From Eledone cirrhosa (taxonomy: Eukaryota), in the NCBI GenBank assembly GCA_964016885.1, contig OZ024746.1:806001-870000 (forward strand): a DNA stretch of 64,000 nucleotides, given 5' to 3'. The translations under genes were made by a program, and so were the position numbers. Under the pieces are notes generated by a model, which made no database searches, was not told the DNA's origin, and was given only the letters and a program-made list of their open reading frames with translations. Of this stretch, positions 14,244 through 26,509 are shown piece by piece; within the stretch, counting starts at the first letter, position 1, and each line of letters begins with the position of its first letter.

Positions 14244-15011
14244 ATGTGTGTATGTGTTGCGCGTGTGTGTGTCCGTATTTTTATCTTTTTATATGTGTAT
14301 GTGTAAGTTCATGTAAATGTATGTGTGCGTATGACAGTATAGGTATGTGTGTATGTATGTATGTGTAGATATCTCTATGTGCGCGTACATGTATGTATGT
14401 GTATGTATATCTGTATGCGTATGTACATTATATTATATGTAATATATTTTTTGTTTTTATTTTTTTATTTTTCATAATTTATAGATACATTTATATTAGG
14501 CTGTCTGTCTGACAACCTAATACTGACCCCTCCCCCCCCCCTCCCACCTAATTTCTGTATCTTGATCTTGAAATGTGTGTACCAGTGTGTTTATGTGAGT
14601 GACTTAATTTCTATTTGCTTATGATTTTATATCCACATATATAAATGTGAGTGGGGGGTGTGTGTGTGTTTGTGTGTTCGTGGTTATGTGTATATTTATA
14701 TATATACGCACATGTATGTGTGATTATACTGATATGTGTGAGTATGAAAAAAATATATTTATATGCTTGACTCCATAAGTATCATTGCGTATCTTATCAG
14801 CGCATTAAACTTACAGAGATATTAACCTTGAAATTTTTTATTTGCATCCATCTTTTTAGTATGCACATACATATTATACACACATTATTGTAAAATGTGT
14901 GTAGGGTTTTACATGTATATACACACACCAAACTGCTTTTTAACCCTTTGTGTTTTCATTGGTCAATTTTGAACTGATATTTTGAATTGTTGTTATTATC
15001 AATAAATATAC

Positions 15012-15166
15012 TTCATTATTTCTGAAGACGGCGTATATATGAGTTAGGTATGTATATTTAATCTTGATAATTTGTATAATTTTGTATAATTTTGTACATA
15101 GATCTGTTAAATATGCATACCAATTATAGCACATATATGCCCTAGAAACGATCGTTAAATAGTGAA
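15012..15166 (+). ncRNA. Type-I hammerhead with long extended stem II (mirror copy 8690-8844 on -)
   Basis: Stem I ttcattattt/aaatagtgaa; CTGAAGA 15022-15028; stem II ggcgtatat/atatatgcc extended by ggtatgtatatttaa/ttaaatatgcatacc; GAAA 15145-15148; palindromic stem III ACGATCGT; cleavage after T15156. Confidence 0.75.
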
Positions 15167-15354
15167 CCTTTTTTTGTTTAATATAAGGAATTGTTTGTTC
15201 ATTATTTGTTTAATATTTTATCTTGACTCTGTATACCGTTTATCTTTCACCGAAATTGGATTTTCATTACATCTCTTCTTTCCATGATATCCGGAATACA
15301 TTGAGTTCTTCATACGGATTGGACACTACCGTAAACTCTTGGTAGATTTATCTC

Positions 15355-15383
15355 ATATATATATATATATATATATACATATC

Positions 15384-15429
<46 letters not shown>

Positions 15430-16136
15430 CATATCTATATATATATATATATACATATCTATATATATATATATATACATATCTATATATATCTATATAT
15501 ATATATACATATCTATATATATCTATATATATATATACATATCTATATATATCTATATATATATATACATATCTATATATATCTATATATATATATATAT
15601 CTCTATATATATATACATATCTATATATATCTCTATATATATATACATATCTATATATATCTATATATATCTCTATATATATATACATATCTATATATAT
15701 CTCCATATATATATACATATCTATATATGTTTCTATATATATATATACATATCTATATATATTTCTATATATATATATACATATCTATATATATTTCTAT
15801 ATATATATATACATATCTATATATATTTCTATATATATATATACATATCTATATATATCTCTATATATATATACATATCTATATATATCTATATATATAT
15901 ATATACATATCTATATATATCTATATATATATATACATATCAATTTATATCTATATATATATACATATCTATTTATATCTATATATATATATACATATCT
16001 ATTTATATCTATATATATATATACATATCTATTATCTATATATATATATACATATCTATTTATATCTATATATATATATACATATCTCTCTATATATATA
16101 TCTCTCTATTTATATCTATATATATATATACATATC

Positions 16137-16167
<31 letters not shown>

Positions 16168-16206
16168 TTCTATATATATATATATACATATCTATATATA
16201 TATATA

Positions 16207-16249
<43 letters not shown>

Positions 16250-16342
16250 CTATATATATATATATACATATCTATATATATATATATATATATCTCTCTA
16301 TATATCTATCTATATATATATATATATCTATATATATATATA

Positions 16343-16398
<56 letters not shown>
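15355..16398. repeat. (TA)n tract interrupted by TC/CA
   Basis: Direct inspection; the IY-rich ORFs here are artefacts. Confidence 0.95.
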
Positions 16399-16399
<1 letters not shown>

Positions 16400-16401
<2 letters not shown>

Positions 16402-16907
16402 CGTTTCTGAATTTGTTTAGCAAGATTCTTTATCTGAAATCGTGTGTTGAAACCGATATTGTTAAACTTTGGGAGGGTCATGTTGCCAATAAGAAACACA
16501 CGCACCAGTTGCTTTCACTTCAATTTATTATATATTTATAAATTTATAAATTTATAAATTTCTTGTTGGTTGGTTGGTTCCACAACCAGATAGTTGTTTA
16601 TATATAGTCATAGTCCTTTCGTCACACACTCTGTGACCTCTTCAGTGACTGGGGATTCCTTTCTTTGTTTCTGTGCCTCTCCTTTGTTCTGTCCTACGCC
16701 ATTTTGTTTCTGTGTGAGTGTTGTGTGCTCAGTTTGCGCATGCGCCACATCCGGTTGTCTGTGTGTGTTTACGTTCATTTATCTATTTGTTTATTTATTT
16801 ATTTATTTACCTGTTATTGATTGGTTGTTTGTTCTATGTGTGTAAATAAATAAATAAATAAACAAATAGATAAATGAACACAAACACACACAGACACCCG
16901 GATGTGG
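16400..16907 (-). mobile_element. PLE-like terminal fragment with hammerhead and 5' inverted duplication
   Basis: 66-bp inverted arms 16745-16810 / 16842-16907 (3 mismatches); hammerhead at 16606-16650; 3' end in (TA)n. Confidence 0.65.
16606..16650 (-). ncRNA. Minimal type-I hammerhead ribozyme
   Basis: Minus strand reads agtca CTGAAGA g gtcaca gagtg tgtgac GAAA ggac T A tgact. Confidence 0.75.
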
Positions 16908-17681
16908 TCTTTCATCTTCCTCACCTATAGTCTGATGTAGAGTGAAGGCCCATTCACACGGGCCATTCTCGCCACTTTCACCCATCTTTCATAAAAACGG
17001 CTGGGGTGCAGCATCTCTCTCTCCATCCTGATCCTTCTTCCGAAATGATATCGGAAGAAACGGACCAGTTGTTGGCCAGAGAGAAAGGTGTCTGACCTCA
17101 GTCCTTTCAGACGCGTCCACCATACAACCTCTTTCGCCATGGCTATTACGCACAGAAATACCGCCTCTCCTTCGTTTTTGAAGAGGGGAGGCGGCTTGAT
17201 CGTTACAATAGACTCGGTGGTCAACCGGATCGGTCCCACCCTTGACAGCAGTTGTTCGACATAGCCCCACAGATCGGCAATGCCTGAGCAGTGTACCAAT
17301 GGGTGTGCAACGGTTTCCTCGTCGCACACGCATCTGGGACAGATCTTTTTCGAGGGGTCCCTACCCGGGCGCCCGTGTCTGTAGAGCCTTTCTCGAACGG
17401 GCAGAGCCCTTCTGTAGCATTACCAGGCCAGGGACCTCTGGAAGTTATCCATGGGTCCCGGGCTGAATGTCCTACCGAACAGGTTGGCCAGTTCGTCTTC
17501 CTCCATGCCTAGGGCTTCTCCGAGAGCGTCGTCGCACCTGCTAACAACCAGCCCTCTATAGAATGACGAGGTGGATTCTCCACTGACAGCCGGGTCCGCC
17601 TGCCAGAGAGCCGTGAGCGCCTGGCACACTCGGTGTGCCAGGCGCCCAGTTTTCTCGGTCTTTGCTTGACCCAGGATTGCA
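16905..17681 (-). mobile_element. Tx1-like ORF2 C-terminal fragment, truncated at both ends
   Basis: Similar to 19147-19926; lacks the distal about 240 nt of 3' UTR; has a frameshift near the CPRC motif. Confidence 0.9.
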
Positions 17682-17747
17682 CTTACTTAAATGTAAGTAT
17701 GTATGTATACATACATACATATATGTATACAGACGTACAGTAGCATG

Positions 17748-17793
<46 letters not shown>

Positions 17794-18076
17794 CATACAG
17801 GTACACATACATATATGCACATATCAGTTTAGCGGAAAGTATATACTTTCGAACGTTCAACTATCTGGCAGATAGGTATACGGTGCTGATGATAGCTAAC
17901 AAGCTTGAAACTAGTACATCGTTCCTGTGTCAGTGTCGATCAAAAAGGTGACGTGGTTGTCTTAACACCGTACGGCATAGATTCAGGCTGTTCAGTTTGT
18001 TTACAAACGAACAAAGCGGCGTTATAATAAGCGTTCGCTAAACTGATGCGTGCATATATGTATGTGTACCTGTATG

Positions 18077-18133
<57 letters not shown>

Positions 18134-18248
18134 GCATGCTACTGTACGTCTGTATACATATATGTATGTACGTATACATACATACTTACATTTAAGTAAG
18201 TGCCATACTAAGAGTGAGAAATGAAATTTCGTTTTCATTTTATTTCAA
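17679..18248 (+). mobile_element. Non-autonomous hammerhead element (retrozyme-like), copy B
   Basis: Body 17834-18248; 5' inverted duplication 17679-17834 of 18036-18203; 3' end runs into a (TA)/(GATA) tract. Confidence 0.8.
17881..17921 (+). ncRNA. Minimal type-I hammerhead ribozyme (identical to 8136-8176)
   Basis: cggtg CTGATGA tagctaacaagctt GAAA ctag T A catcg; cleavage after A17916. Confidence 0.85.
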
Positions 18249-19166
18249 TATATAGATATAGATATATATATATAGATATAGATATATATAGATATATATA
18301 TATAGATATAGATATAGATATATATATATAGATATAGATATAGATATATATATATAGATATATATAGATATATATATATATAGATATATATAGATATATA
18401 TATATATAGATATATATAGATATATATATATATAGATATAGATAGATATATAGATATATATATATAGATATATATAGATATATATATAGATAGATATATA
18501 GATATATATATATAGATATATATATATAGATATATATATATAGATATATATATATATAGATATATATATATAGAGATATATATATATAGATATATATATA
18601 TATAGAGATATATATATATAGATATATATATATATAGATATATATATAGATAGATATATAGATATATATATAGATAGATATATAGATATATATATATAGA
18701 TATATATATATAGATATATATATAGAGATATATATATATAGATATATATATAGATAGATATATAGATATATATATATAGATATATATATATATAGATATA
18801 TATATATATAGATATATATATATATAGATATATAGATATATAGATATATAGATATATATATATATAGATATATATATATATAGATATATATATATATAGA
18901 TATATTTCTTTTATTTGCCACTAGGGCATCAAAAGTGGGACAAGTACAAAGGGGGGAGTTTACACAAAAAGGCGTCCTCAATAAGGAGAAGGCAATAACA
19001 AAATATAAAAATAAAATAAGATATAACAAAAAATAAAATTTTTAACAAAATCCTCAATAGAGAGGAGGCGCCTTGGGGGGTCGCACACACCCCCGAAAAA
19101 AGTGTGCAACCCTTCTCCTCAGGAGCACAGAGAAGGGGTGCTCCCTTGGTCTTTCATCTTCCTCAC

Positions 19167-22100
19167 CTATAGTCTGATGTAGAGTGAAGGCCCATTCACA
19201 CGGGCCATTCTCGCCACTTTCACCCATCTTTCATAGAAACGGCTGGGGTGCAGCACCTCTCTCTCCATCCTGATCCTTCTTCCGAAATGATATCGGAAGA
19301 AACGGACCAGTTGTTGGCCAGAGAGAAAGGTGCCCGACCTCAGTCCTTTCAGGCGCGTCCACCATACAACCTCTTTCGCCATGGCTATTACGCACAGAAA
19401 CACCGCCTCTGCTTCATCTTTGAAGGGGGGGGGGGCGGCTTGATCATTACAATAGACTCGGTGGTCAACCGGATCGGTCCCACCCTTGACAGCAGTTGTT
19501 CGACATAGCCCCACAGATCGGCTACGCCCGAGCAGTGTACTAATGCGTGTGCAACGGTTTCCTCGTCGCACACGCATCTGGGACAGATCTTTTTGGCGGG
19601 GTCCCTACCCGGGCGCCCGTGTCTGTAGAGCCTTTCTCGAACGGGTAAAGCCCCTCGGTAGCACTGCCAGGCCAGGGACTTCTGGAAGTTGTCCATAGGT
19701 CCCGGGCTGAATGTCCTACCGAACAGGCTGGCCAGTTCGTCCTCCTCCATGTCTAGGGCTTCTCCGAGGGCGTCGTCGCACCTGCTACGTACCAGCCCTC
19801 TATAGAATGTTGCGGTGGAGTCTCCACTGATAACCGGATCCGCCTGCCAGAGGGCGGTGAGCGCCTGGGCACACTCAGTGTGCCAGGCGCCCAGTTTTCT
19901 CGGTCTTTGCTTGACCCAGGATTGCAGCTCGGTGAGTGAGACGAGTCTGGGGAAGGTTCGTCTCACAAACGAGGCCCACACCGGTTGTCCGGTGAGGAAT
20001 ACGTAGAGGTGCCGTAGCCTTAATGCGTGTTTACGCATCATTAGCCACGGCATCCCCAGCCCTCCTTTCAAAGGGTGTTGACAGCAGATGGATCTCCTCA
20101 CCATAGGAGCCCGCCTCTTCCAAAGGAATTGGAAGAGCGCGCGCTCCATCTTGGTGAGGGTTTTCCTTGGGCAGGGCACTACGGTCAGGCGGTAGTAGAT
20201 GACGGACGCTATGTAGGTGTTCGCCACCTCCGCCCGACCTTTCAGGGATAGTTTGCAACTGGCCCACTTCTGGGTCAGTGCAAACACCCTGTTCGTAACC
20301 TCCGCCCAGTTTTTCTCCACCTGGAGGTCCGGTCCGAACCAGACCCCGAGCAGCTTCACCGGGCCCTCCGTCCAGCGTCCGACGACGCCATCGGAGGGCA
20401 TCGGTCTGCCCCTCCACGTGCCGAGTTGCAAACCGATCGACTTGTCCCGGTTCAGCTTAGCCCCTGTGAACTTTTCGTACTCCTCCAGTAAGGTGCCGAC
20501 CGCCTCGATTTCGGAGGCCGTCGACACCATTACTGTCACGTCATCGGCGTAGGCCGACACCGCTTTCCGCAATCCCGGTTCCAAAGGGATGCCCTGCAAC
20601 AACTCCAACTTCCGCAGTAGTGGCTCGAGAGTCAACACATACAGAAGGGAGGAGAGAGGGCACCCTTGTCGGATGGACCGCGCGATTTTGAACGGCTCCG
20701 AGAGGTAGCCGTTCACCTTGACCCTAGAGCAGATGCGGCTGCTGTGCATAGCAGTGATCCAGCCCCTGAAAACGGGTCCGAAGCCTGCCGCCGCTAGCAC
20801 CGCATCCAGGTAACCATGGTCGACCCTATCGAACGCCTTAGATTGATCCAAGTTGATCAGAGCCCCACCAAAGCCGGGTTCGTTCCCAACCCTCTCTATG
20901 ATGTATCGCATGAGGTGGAGGTTGTCATGGATGGACCTGGACGGGATAGCGCATGTCTGCGCATCTCCCACCAGGTTGCCCACGACAAGCGCCAACCTCT
21001 TTGCTAGCACCTTGGCCAAAATCTGTAACTCTGTATTTAGCAGTGTTATGGGCCTGAAGTTACTTATTTCGTCCCCCTTGTTCTCGTCCTTCCTCACTAG
21101 CGTGACTACGCCCTTGGTCACAGTACAGGGAATTCTCCCGTTCTGTTGCCAGTTGCAGTAGACCGCCTCGAGGAGATCGGGGAACAAGTCCGGCATAGCT
21201 AGATATAATTCGTAAGGAAGACCATCGAGACCCGGGGATTTGCGTTTGCCGCATTGGCTCAGCACGTCCTCTATCTCAGCGGCCGAAATCGGCTCCTCGC
21301 AGGACTTCGCCTCCCTGTCCGAGAGGCGCGGCAGGCCGTCGAGGTATGGACCGAAGTCCACGTTCCCAACCGGCTCCCCGCCCCTCCCGAACAGTCGGGC
21401 AAAGTGCCTTTGAAAGGCCTCACACATCTGCTTAGGCTCAAGAATCGCCCGTCCATCCAGGTCTCGCAAAGACCGGATGGTGGATTTAGTTCCACTGTTG
21501 GTCTCTGTCACGCGGGCCCAGCTAACAGCTTTGGTCCCCTCGTTCCCTTTTACTTCGGACAACGCAGCCTTCGTGCTTCGCGTCGAAAAACTGGCTCAAA
21601 GTCGTTCTCGACGCTAGCACTCTGGCCACGTCGCCGCTTCTAATTGCCTCTTCTACTCTATCTATTAGCTCCCTTTCCTTCCTATTCCTATCCGCAGCTA
21701 GAACCTTACTAAATTCTATCGAGACTACTCTAATCTCTCTCTTTAGAGATACCCACCACCTGCTGTTGACGATCGCTCCAGTCAACCGTTCCTTAACTAA
21801 CGTACTAATCCGATTCCTGTAGGCTCTACTTGCCGGCAAGGACAAGTTGAGCTTCCAGTAACCGGGGCCCTGTCTATGAGTTCTGTCAAGGTTGACCATG
21901 CAGGTCACTAATTTGTGGTCTGAATAGCCAACAATGCGCATTTTTGGACAACTTAAAAAGTCCTTATCCTTAATTCTAACTAAGAACCTATCTAGGTACG
22001 ACCTAGATGATCCGTTACGATTTGCCCAAGTCCAGGTTGGCGCAGTCGGAAAATCTAGTCGATATCTATCGGCCAGGTCAAATCGACCGATTAACCCTTT

Positions 22101-22595
22101 GAGGCTATTACACCCCTCTCTATCGGGGCAGGCCCCTACGTAGTCCCAGCGTGCATCTAGGATACCATTCCAGTCCCCCACTAATAGCAAGGAGCGGGAC
22201 GTCCCTAGAAAAGTCTCCAGACGATGGAAGAAGTCCGGCCGCATTGACCCGAAAGGGCCGTAGGCGGCTACCAACCTAAACGCTCCGCCTTTACCACTGC
22301 CAAGGTCCAGAACCACTAGTCGACCCTCCGGGTCCAAATGTACCATCTGTGTTGCGAGACCCAGATGTTTTTGCAGCAGAACGACAACTCCACCCCCACC
22401 TCCGGGCTGACAGAGAGATGCGTGCATCTCAAAGTCATCAAAGGTGGGGGCCAGCTGTCGCACGTTGCTGATCCGGGCCTCGCAAATAACCATCACATCT
22501 ATACGTTGTGACCTGAGGTCATTTAGAAGCATTGCTTGCTTCCAAGTTGAGCCCAGGCCACGCGCATTTAAACAGCCTACTCTTAGCATAGCCAT
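19167..22595 (-). pseudogene. ORF2 (AP endonuclease + reverse transcriptase + C-terminal zinc finger), two frameshifts
   Basis: LNARGL, GDWN, YLDRF, SDH (APE); SPGLDGLP, FRPITLLN, DQSKAFDRVDH, IRQGCPLS, AYADD (RT); CPRC..ET..HALVHC. Shifts at about 21540-21560 and at the G run 19425-19435 (the latter may be a homopolymer sequencing error). Confidence 0.9.
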
Positions 22596-22619
22596 GTTGG
22601 TGGTGAAGAGAAAAGGCAC

Positions 22620-24407
22620 TTACCTCTCTGCGTCCCGGGTATCGGGCTGCACAATTTCCATTAGGGTGGGGGATGGGTTGTTGGGTGGGGTGGTGGTTTG
22701 TGGAAGTGTGGGGGCATCAGTGTGTTGTGTGGTTGGGGAGCTTGGAGTTGTGAGGGTGTTTGGGGAGGGGGTGGGATAGTTTTTTAGGAGGACGCGGTTA
22801 ATGGGCCCGACGCAGGGGGGACCCACGTCCTCTTTAAAATTGTTTTTTAAAGTTTTATAGGTGTCCTGTGGGGCCTTAATCATTTTGAGGTGGGGGAAAT
22901 CCCCTGCCTGGGTGAAGTTAGGCCCTTGTGTTTTTATTAGATTGTTGTTGTACACAATGTTTAACAGTTTTTTGTTTCTTGTATTTATGTATGTGTATGC
23001 ATGTTTTTGTTTTTGTGTGGTGTTTTTTGTTTGCTGTTGTGAGCTCTTTTGTGTTGGTGTCAGTGTTATGTTTTGGGGAGGGTTTTTTTTCATTTGTGTG
23101 TCTGAGGTGTGTTTTCTTTTTTTTCTTTTGATTGTGTGGAAGTGCTCCTCCTCGTCTGACGACGAACTAGGGTCATCTTCCGCGTTGGAGGGGAGGGGTA
23201 TATTTTCGGGTTGTGTTTGCGGTACGGGTGTTTTGGAAATTGTTTTTGTTTTTTGAGTGGAGGGGATGGGTTGGACATTGTTTTGTTTTGGTTTGAGCTG
23301 TGGTAGTTGTTTTTGTAGTGGTAGTTGTGGTGATTGTGTTGGTTGTGCAGTTGTTGGTGGTGTAGGCAGGATTGGGGTTTTCTTATTAAGTTGGGGACAG
23401 ACAGCCCTCAGGTGACCTCTGGTTCCGCAGAGGTAACACGAGGGCCGTCTACCCTCAACGGTAATGTTGATGAAGGTTAGATCATCCAGTATGACGCGTT
23501 CAGGGATCTGGGCGATCCTTTCGGGCCTCATTTGAACTACAAGTTCGAGGCTCGTTCCACTGAACGCGTCACCCGATGCCTTTCCCATGGACACCAGCAT
23601 GTCATCCTCCAGGTCCAGAAAACCTGTCAAAACCCACCATATGTCCATAATCGGCAGGATGGTGTGGATTTTTATTTTTTGTGTTCTTCTACCCATGTAC
23701 GTAGGGTAGAAGGTGTATGCGGTGGATGTGATTGGTTTGATGGACAGTTTCACTGCTGTGTCCCTGTCCTTCATGAGAATGGATAGACTCCCGTAGAGTC
23801 TATCCTTCTGAATGAAGGTGATGTCCTTCATGACGTCTTTTAAAACCAGCTCTATCTCGCTCTGTGATGGTTGAGCTGGTTTTTTACTTTTGTTCGAGAT
23901 TGTCCTAAACATGACCGTGTTTAGGAGTCTCTGGCTTTTTAGTTCCGGGGGGGAATGGATTGTGAATGAACCATTTTCTCCGTACACTATATATTTTTTC
24001 GCATCCGCCAGTAGCTCCTTCGCTTTTGTTATATCTACTGGCAGATAGTCGAGGGTTTTCCTTGTCGTCTCGGCGAAGGAGAAATTTTGTTTGTTTGTGT
24101 TGTTGTTGTCGTTGGTGGTGTTGTTGTTATCATTGTTGTTGTTGTCACCGTTATTGGTCTTGTTGCTGTTATTGTTATTGTTATTGGTGTTGCTTTCGTC
24201 CGTGGCATTGTTGTTGTTGTTGCTGTTGCTGCTGGTTCTTTGGGTTGTTGCCATGGCAACGTCAAGTTGTCGGTTAACAGGTGGAGAGAATTCTTCCTCT
24301 GGCTGACCTATCTTCTTGACCTCTGCTACTGTGACAGTGGCAGGGGGAAGCTGTAAGTTCATCTTCCCCTTTCCTCCTTCGAATTTTGGTGAAGAAGCTT
24401 CGGCCAT
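22620..24407 (-). CDS. ORF1 gag-like protein with CCHC zinc knuckle
   Basis: 595 aa open; CYLCGTRGHLRAVC; Asn-rich N-terminus, Pro/Gln/Thr-rich C-terminal half, basic KRKKRK patch. Confidence 0.88.
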   Translation of the reverse strand: MAEASSPKFEGGKGKMNLQLPPATVTVAEVKKIGQPEEEFSPPVNRQLDVAMATTQRTSSNSNNNNNATDESNTNNNNNNSNKTNNGDNNNNDNNNTTNDNNNTNKQNFSFAETTRKTLDYLPVDITKAKELLADAKKYIVYGENGSFTIHSPPELKSQRLLNTVMFRTISNKSKKPAQPSQSEIELVLKDVMKDITFIQKDRLYGSLSILMKDRDTAVKLSIKPITSTAYTFYPTYMGRRTQKIKIHTILPIMDIWWVLTGFLDLEDDMLVSMGKASGDAFSGTSLELVVQMRPERIAQIPERVILDDLTFINITVEGRRPSCYLCGTRGHLRAVCPQLNKKTPILPTPPTTAQPTQSPQLPLQKQLPQLKPKQNNVQPIPSTQKTKTISKTPVPQTQPENIPLPSNAEDDPSSSSDEEEHFHTIKRKKRKHTSDTQMKKNPPQNITLTPTQKSSQQQTKNTTQKQKHAYTYINTRNKKLLNIVYNNNLIKTQGPNFTQAGDFPHLKMIKAPQDTYKTLKNNFKEDVGPPCVGPINRVLLKNYPTPSPNTLTTPSSPTTQHTDAPTLPQTTTPPNNPSPTLMEIVQPDTRDAER

Positions 24408-24649
24408 TTAAAAAAAATATTGACTTTTCAACAAGAAAAAACTTTTTTTTTAACTATTTCGCCTAAAGGCGTAGAATATTTTGAGAGACTGACCAGATCA
24501 AAGTTTGACCTGGCAGTCCCTCTACAAAATGGTACAAAAATTAAAGTTATCAGACAAGAATTTCTATAGAAATTTAAACAGAACTTACTCAGCAAGTTAT
24601 ACGCGTGTGTCCATCCCAGAGATAGATATAGATATATATATATATAGAT

Positions 24650-24700
<51 letters not shown>

Positions 24701-25378
24701 GATATATATATATATATATATATATAGATATATATATATATATAGATATATAGATATATATATAGATATATATATATATATATAGATATATATATAGATA
24801 TATATATATATAGATATAGATATATATATAGATATATATATATATATAGATATATATATATAGATATATATATATATATAGATATATATATATAGATATA
24901 TATAGATATATATATAGATATATATATATAGATATATAGATATATAGATATATAGATATAGATATAGATATAGAGATATATATATATATAGATATAGATA
25001 TATATATATAGATATATAGATATATAGATATATATATATAGATATATATATATAGATATATATATATAGATATATATAGATATAGATATATATAGATATA
25101 GATAGATATAGATATATATAGATATATATAGATAGATATAGATAGATATATATAGATATAGATAGATATAGATATATATAGATATATATAGATAGATATA
25201 GATAGATATAGATAGATATAGATAGATATAGATAGATATATATATATATAGATATATATAGATATATATATAAATATATAGATATATATAGATGACCTGC
25301 ATGGTCAACCTTGACAGAACTCATAGACAGGGCCCCGGTTACTGGAAGCTCAACTTGTCCTTGCCGGCAAGAGATATG

Positions 25379-26356
25379 TTTCTTTTATTTGCCACTAGGG
25401 CATCAAAAGTGGGACAAGTACAAAGGGGGGAGTTTACACAAAAAGGCGTCCTCAATAAGGAGGAGGCAATAACAAAATATAAAAATAAAATAAGATATAA
25501 CAAAAAATAAAATTTTTAACAAAATCCTCAATAGAGAGGAGGCGCCTTGGGGGGTCGCACACACCCCCGAAAAAAGTGTGCAACCCTTCTCCTCAGGAGC
25601 ACAGAGAAGGGGTGCTCCCTTGGTCTTTCATCTTCCTCACCTATAGTCTGATGTAGAGTGAAGGCCCATTCACACGGGCCATTCTCGCCACTTTCACCCA
25701 TCTTTCATAGAAACGGCTGGGGTGCAGCACCTCTCTCTCCATCCTGATCCTTCTTCCGAAATGATATCGGAAGAAACGGACCAGTTGTTGGCCAGAGAGA
25801 AAGGTGCCTGACCTCAGTCCTTTCAGACGCGTCCACCATACAACCTCTTTCGCCATGGCTATTACGCACAGAAACACCGCCTCTGCTTCATCTTTGAAGG
25901 GGGGAGGCGGCTTGATCATTACAATAGACTCGGTCAACCGGATCGGTCCCACCCTTGACAGCAGTTGTTCGACATAGCCCCACAGATCGGCTACGCCCGA
26001 GCAGTGTACCAATGCGTGTGCAACGGTTTCCTCGTCGCACACGCATCTGGGACAGATCTTTTTGGCGGGGTCCCTACCCGGGCGCCCGTGTCTGTAGAGC
26101 CTTTCTCGAACGGGTAAAGCCCCTCGGTAGCACTGCCAGGCCAGGGACTTCTGGAAATTGTCCATAGGTCCTGGGCTGAATGTCCTACCGAACAGGCTGG
26201 CCAGTTCGTCCTCCTCCATGTCTAGGGCTTCTCCGAGGGCGTCGTCGCACCTGCTGCGTACCAGCCCTCTATAGAATGTTGCGGTGGAGTCTCCACTGAT
26301 AACCGGATCCGCCTGCCAGAGGGCGGTGAGCACCTGGGCACACTCAGTGTGCCAGG
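25379..26356 (-). mobile_element. 5'-truncated copy of the Tx1-like element
   Basis: Near-identical to 18905-19887, same 3' terminus. Confidence 0.93.
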
Positions 26357-26509
26357 AGATAGATATATAGATAGATAGATATATATATAGATAGATATAT
26401 AGATAGATAGATATATATATAGATAGATATATATAGATAGATATATATATATAGATAGATATATATATATAGATAGATATATATATAGATAGATATATAT
26501 ATAGATATA

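Larger units (their letters stand above)
8635..15354 (+). mobile_element. 5'-truncated Penelope-like element (Naiad-type) with 1.64-kb inverted terminal duplication
   Basis: 8635-10278 is the near-identical reverse complement of 13577-15221 (mirror ORFs 8722-8916+ and 14940-15134-). RT/GIY-YIG ORF, about 3.6-kb 3' region with hammerhead, unique tail 15222-15354, (TA)n on both flanks. Confidence 0.9.
18905..24620 (-). mobile_element. Near-full-length Tx1/L1-clade non-LTR retrotransposon in (TA)n/(TATC)n
   Basis: About 210-nt 5' UTR, ORF1, ORF2 (APE endonuclease, RT, C-terminal Cys motif) and 3' UTR ending aataaaagaaa directly into microsatellite. Confidence 0.93.

Noticed and set aside
8635-15221. 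DNA transposon or Polinton with 1.6-kb TIRs
   Set aside because: The internal ORF is PLE RT/GIY-YIG, one arm has an extra tail, and there is no transposase or TSD.
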